Assembly: GCA_963819405.1 (NCBI GenBank)
Contig: CAWFWH010000016.1
Span: 92,431-156,430 of the forward strand
Length of the DNA: 64,000 nt
Direction of reading: 5' to 3'
From: an uncultured Acidobacteriaceae bacterium
Lineage (GTDB): Bacteria; Acidobacteriota; Terriglobia; Bryobacterales; Bryobacteraceae
Shown here: one piece after another, positions 59,846 to 64,000 of the stretch
Layout: the number at the start of each line of letters is the position of its first letter
How positions within the stretch are numbered: position 1 is the first letter of the stretch
The notes under the pieces: generated by a model
The model's database searches: none
Told to the model about the DNA's origin: nothing
Seen by the model: only the letters and a program-made list of their open reading frames with translations
Position numbers and translations under genes: made by a program

Positions 59846-60817
59846 TCACGGTGAATCTGTAAGCTCTCCCGAACCATGCGAAGCACGGCCTATTTCGCCA
59901 CGCGCATCCAGTCGCGCAAGCAGGAGGTGGTAGTAGAGCATGCCGCGCTCGGGACCGAGCGCGGTGAGAACGCGGTCGATATCGAGCGGAATGGCTCGTG
60001 CGACGAAGGCCAGATTGCGAGCAACGCTCGAATCGTCCATGGGAAAGACGTCGAGGCGCCCTAACCCGCGCAGCAGAATTACCGTAGCCGTCCACGGCCC
60101 GATCCCCTTGATGCCGCACAGCAACCGCGCGGCTTCCTGACTCGAACGCTCCTCGAGCATTGCTTCGTTCAGGCTCCCGGAGAGTAGCGCGTCCGCCACG
60201 CGCCTGAGCGCCGACAGCTTGTTCGTACTTAAGCCCGCAGCCAAAAGAATGTCATCGTTCGCAGCCCGGAAACTCTCCGCACCCGGAAACGCGTGAAGTG
60301 TTGTGCCCTTGCGTGTAACAGACGAACCGAGGGCGAGAATTGTCCGCCTTGCAATCGAACTCGCAGCAAAGAGGCTCATCTGTTGAAAGACAATTGCGTT
60401 CACGCATGCTTCCCATAACGTTGGATAGCGAGGAGGCTTTATGCCGCGCATACGGACGGCTAACGGCCACAGCCATCGAATATCCTCCGCTGCACGATAG
60501 AAGTGCGAAAGTACCCGTTCGACTCCAAGAATCCGGCGTACGAGCGCAAGAGCCCGTGTGTGTTCGTCAGAGCCGTCGCAACCGTGAAGCGCAACCGTGA
60601 GCCTGGCCGGTTGTGTTTGCGCAACGCGCACGATCACGGATCTTCGGAATCCGTCCAGGATACGGACATATTCGCCTTCAGGCGTGAGCACGTCCACGAC
60701 ATTTGTCGATAACCTCCGCAGCGCGCTCACAGTAAGGTCGAGGCGGTACGGCGTTGCTACGTCTATCTCATATCGTGCTTCAGAAGCACCAATGGATGCC
60801 GCAGCGGATCGCGTCAT
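59846..60817 (-). CDS. HhH-GPD superfamily DNA glycosylase (AlkA-like 3-methyladenine DNA glycosylase II)
   Basis: The helix-hairpin-helix and Gly/Pro-rich loop read LLCGIKGIGPWTATVILLRGLGRLDVFPMDD, including the catalytic Asp. Confidence 0.8.
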   Translation of the reverse strand: MTRSAAASIGASEARYEIDVATPYRLDLTVSALRRLSTNVVDVLTPEGEYVRILDGFRRSVIVRVAQTQPARLTVALHGCDGSDEHTRALALVRRILGVERVLSHFYRAAEDIRWLWPLAVRMRGIKPPRYPTLWEACVNAIVFQQMSLFAASSIARRTILALGSSVTRKGTTLHAFPGAESFRAANDDILLAAGLSTNKLSALRRVADALLSGSLNEAMLEERSSQEAARLLCGIKGIGPWTATVILLRGLGRLDVFPMDDSSVARNLAFVARAIPLDIDRVLTALGPERGMLYYHLLLARLDARGEIGRASHGSGELTDSP

Positions 60818-60844
60818 TGGGATCTCAGAAATCCAAAGCTCCGG

Positions 60845-61267
60845 TCACCGCGTTTTTTTTTGCACCTTGCCGCTGCTTTCGCGTATCTGTGAAGCGCCGG
60901 ATTCTCGGGACGCGACGCGCCTGAAGACAGGCAGCAGCACGATTGCTTCATTGTGCTCCGTGTCCTTCGCTCCGTAGATCAGCGTCATCGCGGACCGGCC
61001 CCGTGCCGCCTGAATTGTCCTGGTGATCGTTTCTTGCGCCTCTGCGTTCTTCAATTCCAATTTGTAACGCTTGCAGAACTCGGTCCAACGCTTCGGATCA
61101 TGACGAAACCACTTTCGTAGCTGTGTGCTGGGGGCGACGTTCTTTGCCCATGCATCCAGGCGGAGATCGGTTTTCTTTACACCCCGCGGCCACAGCCGGT
61201 CCACCAGGACACGAAACCCGTCCTCCGCCCTCGGTTTTTCATAGGCCCTTTTGAGCAGGATCTCCAC
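60845..61267 (-). CDS. DUF488 (YeaO-like) family protein
   Basis: KRAYEKPRAEDGFRVLVDRLWPRGVKKTDLRLDAWAKNVAPSTQLRKWFRHDPKRWTEF is the characteristic DUF488 N-terminal block. Confidence 0.8.
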   Translation of the reverse strand: MEILLKRAYEKPRAEDGFRVLVDRLWPRGVKKTDLRLDAWAKNVAPSTQLRKWFRHDPKRWTEFCKRYKLELKNAEAQETITRTIQAARGRSAMTLIYGAKDTEHNEAIVLLPVFRRVASRESGASQIRESSGKVQKKTR

Positions 61268-61275
61268 TCGTCACC

Positions 61276-61485
61276 TCAGATTTTCGTGAGAGCCGCGCCT
61301 TTGTGCATCGCCAGGTGGTCGGTTGTGTCGCTCTTGATCTCATACTGCGGCTCCTCTTTTGAAGCGTGGACCGTGTACCCCTTGAATGTGATTTCGGAGG
61401 TATGCTTCTTCGTGATCGTTCCTCGAACCCGCCCCGCTTCCGAGTTCCACTCAACGTGGTCGCCCACTTTGAAATCGTGTGCCAT
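61276..61485 (-). CDS. DUF2945 (hypervirulence-associated Tudor-like) small protein
   Basis: MAHDFKVGDHVEWNSEAGRVRGTITKKHT...YEIKSD matches the DUF2945 pattern. Confidence 0.75.
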   Translation of the reverse strand: MAHDFKVGDHVEWNSEAGRVRGTITKKHTSEITFKGYTVHASKEEPQYEIKSDTTDHLAMHKGAALTKI

Positions 61486-61502
61486 TGCCCTTCCTCGCTC
61501 TT

Positions 61503-62423
61503 TCACGACGACTTCGCTGCGGGTGTCGAGTGCATCGTTTTGCAGGGTGGTTTCCGTACCTCAATCTGGCCATCGCGAACGCGGTTTTCGAGACAGGGCT
61601 GCGGATGCACAGCCGGCCCATCGAGCACCCGACCGTCTTCCAGCGCGAATCGCGAGTGATGCCAGGGACACACAATGCTGTCACCCACAAGCGTGCCTTC
61701 CGAGAGCGGACCGTTGAAATGCGAGCACGTCTCGGCCAAGGCGAAGATCCGGGCGCCACGGCGCACCAACAGGATCGGAACGCCATCGTGCACAGCGCGC
61801 TTCGGCTGCGCCTCTCCCAGGTCGGCCTCTGCCAGCACGGACACAAAGTCGTCGGGAAACGTTTGGCCGTCGGTACGGTCAACGCCCACTCGGTATTCGT
61901 AAACCATCTTCCCGCCCAGATGCGCCGCGAAGGCCATCACGCCGTATCCCAGCGCCCCCAATATCCGGCCCAGATTTCGCGACTTGCGTCTGCGCGCAAT
62001 CAGTGACGTCGCGAACAGCGCGGCTCCACTCAGGTTCGAGAGGCCGTGAATCATGCCCAGGCGCCGAGCTGGGGCATCCGCATCCTGCCAGTCGGTCGCG
62101 CCCGTTACAGCTGCACCGAGCGCGCCCACTATACCGACTGCCACAGAAGTATCGGCAGCGGTGGCGAATGCGTCGCGATGGCTGGCCATTTCCAAGGCGT
62201 CGAACACCAGAGCCGTTGTCCAAGCTCCGATCGGAACATCCGTGAGAACTACATGCAAGGGTTCCCCCAGCCATGTTCCGTTCAGGAAGTTCTTGACTGA
62301 TTGACCTCTGGGACCGGCACTGTCGAAGGCCTTATGCACCAGCTTCTGCAAGCTTTCTGCAACTGCTTTGCTCTTCGGCGATTCCTCGCAATCGGTACCG
62401 CCTGTAATGTCTGGTGTTGGCAT
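61503..62423 (-). CDS. Membrane-anchored Rieske [2Fe-2S] protein (DUF2231-like N-terminal domain + Rieske domain)
   Basis: The N-terminal region with TM helices reads HVVLTDVPIGAW. The C-terminal Rieske motifs are CSHFNGPL...CPWHHSRF. Confidence 0.8.
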   Translation of the reverse strand: MPTPDITGGTDCEESPKSKAVAESLQKLVHKAFDSAGPRGQSVKNFLNGTWLGEPLHVVLTDVPIGAWTTALVFDALEMASHRDAFATAADTSVAVGIVGALGAAVTGATDWQDADAPARRLGMIHGLSNLSGAALFATSLIARRRKSRNLGRILGALGYGVMAFAAHLGGKMVYEYRVGVDRTDGQTFPDDFVSVLAEADLGEAQPKRAVHDGVPILLVRRGARIFALAETCSHFNGPLSEGTLVGDSIVCPWHHSRFALEDGRVLDGPAVHPQPCLENRVRDGQIEVRKPPCKTMHSTPAAKSS

Positions 62424-62642
62424 GTTCCCCCGCGATCTCGATTCTACGCTCTTCGTCGGAATGTCGTTGTTAATTCATGGCCAGTCTATACCTATTTTTT
62501 CGGTAGGTAGCAGCTTCGGTATCATCGACTCGCCGAGGTCAATAACGACGGGTATCCGCATGGGTCCTGAACGCTTCGCCGCCGTGGATGTTGCGCAGTG
62601 AGGGAGGGGAGCCGATAGTGGTAGTCAGGAGTTAACTCACCG

Positions 62643-63056
62643 ATGCCACTTCCGGGTTCAGGCGATGACGGCAACATGACATCTGATCTCGCATACTTCG
62701 ATCTGAGGCGCGAAATCGTCGATTCGGAGCAGCGGAGACCCTGGCCATCCGGCATCTATTCAAAGACGCTATATAAAAGAGACGATTTCCGGGCCGTTCT
62801 AATCTGTATGGAAACCGCCGCGCGGATGCAGGAGCATCATGTTGACGGCACGACTTCCGTTCAGGTCCTCAGAGGTAGCGTGCGCTACACCGCACAAGGA
62901 CGGGCATACGATCTTAAAACCGGCAGTCTCATCACTGTTGGTGCATCAATTACGCACGAAGTCGAATCGATTGAGGAATCCGCATTCCTTTTGACTATCG
63001 CTTGGCCGACTGATCGACAGCTGCTTACCATGCAGCATCGCGGATACGGTACTTAG
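62643..63056 (+). CDS. Cupin-domain protein
   Basis: The small beta-barrel pattern reads MQEHHVDGTTSVQVLRGSVRYTAQG...GSLITVGASITHEVESIEESAFLLTI. Confidence 0.7.
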   Translation: MPLPGSGDDGNMTSDLAYFDLRREIVDSEQRRPWPSGIYSKTLYKRDDFRAVLICMETAARMQEHHVDGTTSVQVLRGSVRYTAQGRAYDLKTGSLITVGASITHEVESIEESAFLLTIAWPTDRQLLTMQHRGYGT

Positions 63057-63105
63057 TTTCAGGGGAGAACCGAACCTATTAGGTCCAGGAAGGCACCGGC
63101 TGATT

Positions 63106-63130
63106 CCGCTTTCCGCAAACGAGCGGTTTT
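63106..63130 (+). terminator. Putative intrinsic terminator after the cupin gene
   Basis: CCGCT-N11-AGCGG followed by TTTTGC, 50 nt after the stop. Confidence 0.4.
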
Positions 63131-63220
63131 GCAACAAATTGGCGAGGACGTGTTTTCTGAAGTTCATGAGTTGCAAATGCGTATTACATTAGAAATTCAA
63201 TTAGCGATACATCTTGTGTA

Positions 63221-63329
63221 ATGCTGATCGGCTACGCCCGCATCTCCACCAGCGCACAAGATACCTGCGGTGCAAGTGTGGGCACTCAAAGCTGCCGGGT
63301 GCGATCTGGCAAACTTTGCGGTATAATGT
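63221..63329 (+). pseudogene. N-terminal fragment of a serine recombinase (resolvase/invertase), frameshifted and truncated
   Basis: MLIGYARISTSAQDT carries the catalytic-Ser motif. After a frame slip it reads QVWALKAAGCD (compare LQ..ALKAAGC in resolvases). Homology ends where repeat copy B begins at 63330. Confidence 0.6.
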
Positions 63330-63454
63330 ACTTTCGGTTATGGAGGCGGCGGGAGTTGGGCCGGGTCGGGGTGTTGAGAAGCGGGAAGTTATTGATCTCA
63401 GAGGGGATTGCTGATTCCGCTCATTCCGCTGATCCATCTTACGTAAAACTTACG
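63330..63454. repeat. Copy B of the conserved ~125-130 bp element (partner at 56557-56686)
   Basis: It aligns end to end with copy A apart from a few indels (one extra G at about 63364 and a 7-nt gap in the centre). It is flanked by a recombinase fragment on one side and a truncated vapC on the other. Confidence 0.7.
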
Positions 63455-63553
63455 TGAGGTTGCGCGAGGACTCTGCAGCGCAAAACCGAAGCAGACATAA
63501 ATAGGAGTAGGCCAGGAGTCGGCAGGCACCAGGCAATCGAAACGGGTGGAAAA

Positions 63554-63715
63554 CTACCAGATCGTCTCAAGATCTAAGCCCCGGATCCGTGAGACTCCTA
63601 CGTGGTTCCCGTTTGCAATCGCGTTGTTGATGAATGCGGAAGCAGCTCTGCCCAGCCGCGGGTCAGAGAACACATACCAGATGACGGCGTGGGTATCGGC
63701 GATAGCGACGATCAT
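63554..63715 (-). pseudogene. vapC: VapC-like PIN toxin with an apparent large in-frame internal deletion (53 codons remain)
   Basis: The ATG overlaps the antitoxin stop (TGATG). MIVAIADTHAVIWYVFSDPRLGRAASAFINNAIANGNHVGVS is a PIN N-terminus with the first acidic residue. It runs directly into RIRGLDLETIW-stop, which looks like a VapC C-terminal tail. The central part of the PIN domain is missing. Confidence 0.5.
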
Positions 63716-63975
63716 CAAAAGTCGGAACGCGGGAAATTGGCCAACATTTCTGCGCGATTCTTGTCGATCTCTCCTGCTGACGGCGCTGGGCCATATTTGG
63801 CGAGCAGTCCACGCAAGGAGCGCGTCGGCTCCCTACTTATCGATGCCTGGGAGGCATCGGCAAGGATTTTGTCAATCATCTCTCGTACAAGTTGATCGGC
63901 GGACAGACCTCGTCCCTGGGCCACTGCCATGAGCTTGGCCTCGTCTTGCGGTTCCAGCGGCAGGATCAGCGTCAT
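63715..63975 (-). CDS. Putative antitoxin of the VapBC-like pair
   Basis: 86-aa ORF immediately upstream of the PIN fragment and translationally coupled to it. I recognise no family; the call rests on position and size. Confidence 0.55.
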   Translation of the reverse strand: MTLILPLEPQDEAKLMAVAQGRGLSADQLVREMIDKILADASQASISREPTRSLRGLLAKYGPAPSAGEIDKNRAEMLANFPRSDF

Positions 63976-64000
63976 TTCGCAATCTCTCTTTCGATTATGA

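Overview
High-GC window that looks like an Acidobacteriota chromosome. That assignment is an inference from the CarboxypepD_reg-type TonB receptor, the many PEP-CTERM proteins and the sigma-54 regulators. Four blocks are visible. (1) 1-12.3 kb holds two old paralogous modules in convergent, inverted orientation. Each has a heparinase II/III-like lyase followed by a giant Kelch / beta-propeller / Ig-like secreted protein, and all four genes are broken by many frame disruptions. Copy A also carries six near-identical 237-bp tandem coding repeats. (2) 12.6-41.3 kb is an exosortase (XrtA-type)/PEP-CTERM exopolysaccharide locus. It contains exosortase + EpsI, a WbpB/WbpD/WbpE-like diacetamido-uronic sugar trio, a Wza-like exporter, the PEP-CTERM-locus polysaccharide deacetylase and a PilZ protein. 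It also contains a REC-histidine kinase + sigma-54 activator (PrsR-like, frameshifted), a second PAS kinase/LuxR pair, and a decayed prsR copy fused to an IS4 remnant. An IS1-like element with an HNH-like ORF is present. Unusually, there are three separate pairs of PEP-CTERM substrate gene plus PrsT-like TPR lipoprotein gene. Sigma-54 type -24/-12 motifs precede the PEP-CTERM genes. (3) 41.3-56.2 kb is a carbohydrate-utilisation cluster: oligogalacturonate-lyase-like gene, a 910-aa Tat-secreted enzyme, a TIM-barrel isomerase, a Gfo/Idh/MocA oxidoreductase, a DMT transporter and a TonB-dependent receptor. A Rieske oxygenase and an APC permease also lie here. (4) 56.2-64 kb holds a cytochrome b-molybdopterin oxidoreductase fusion, a DMT transporter, an AlkA-like glycosylase, small DUF proteins, a Rieske/DUF2231 protein and a cupin. 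It ends in a patch of remnants: a serine-recombinase N-terminus, and an antitoxin with an internally deleted vapC. This block also contains both copies of an unexplained ~125-130 bp conserved element whose reverse strand resembles a tRNA/tmRNA 3' end. I found no rRNA, no convincing tRNA and no CRISPR array. Frame breaks are very unevenly distributed (dense in 0-16 kb, sparse elsewhere). From sequence alone I cannot tell whether this is gene decay or assembly indel error.
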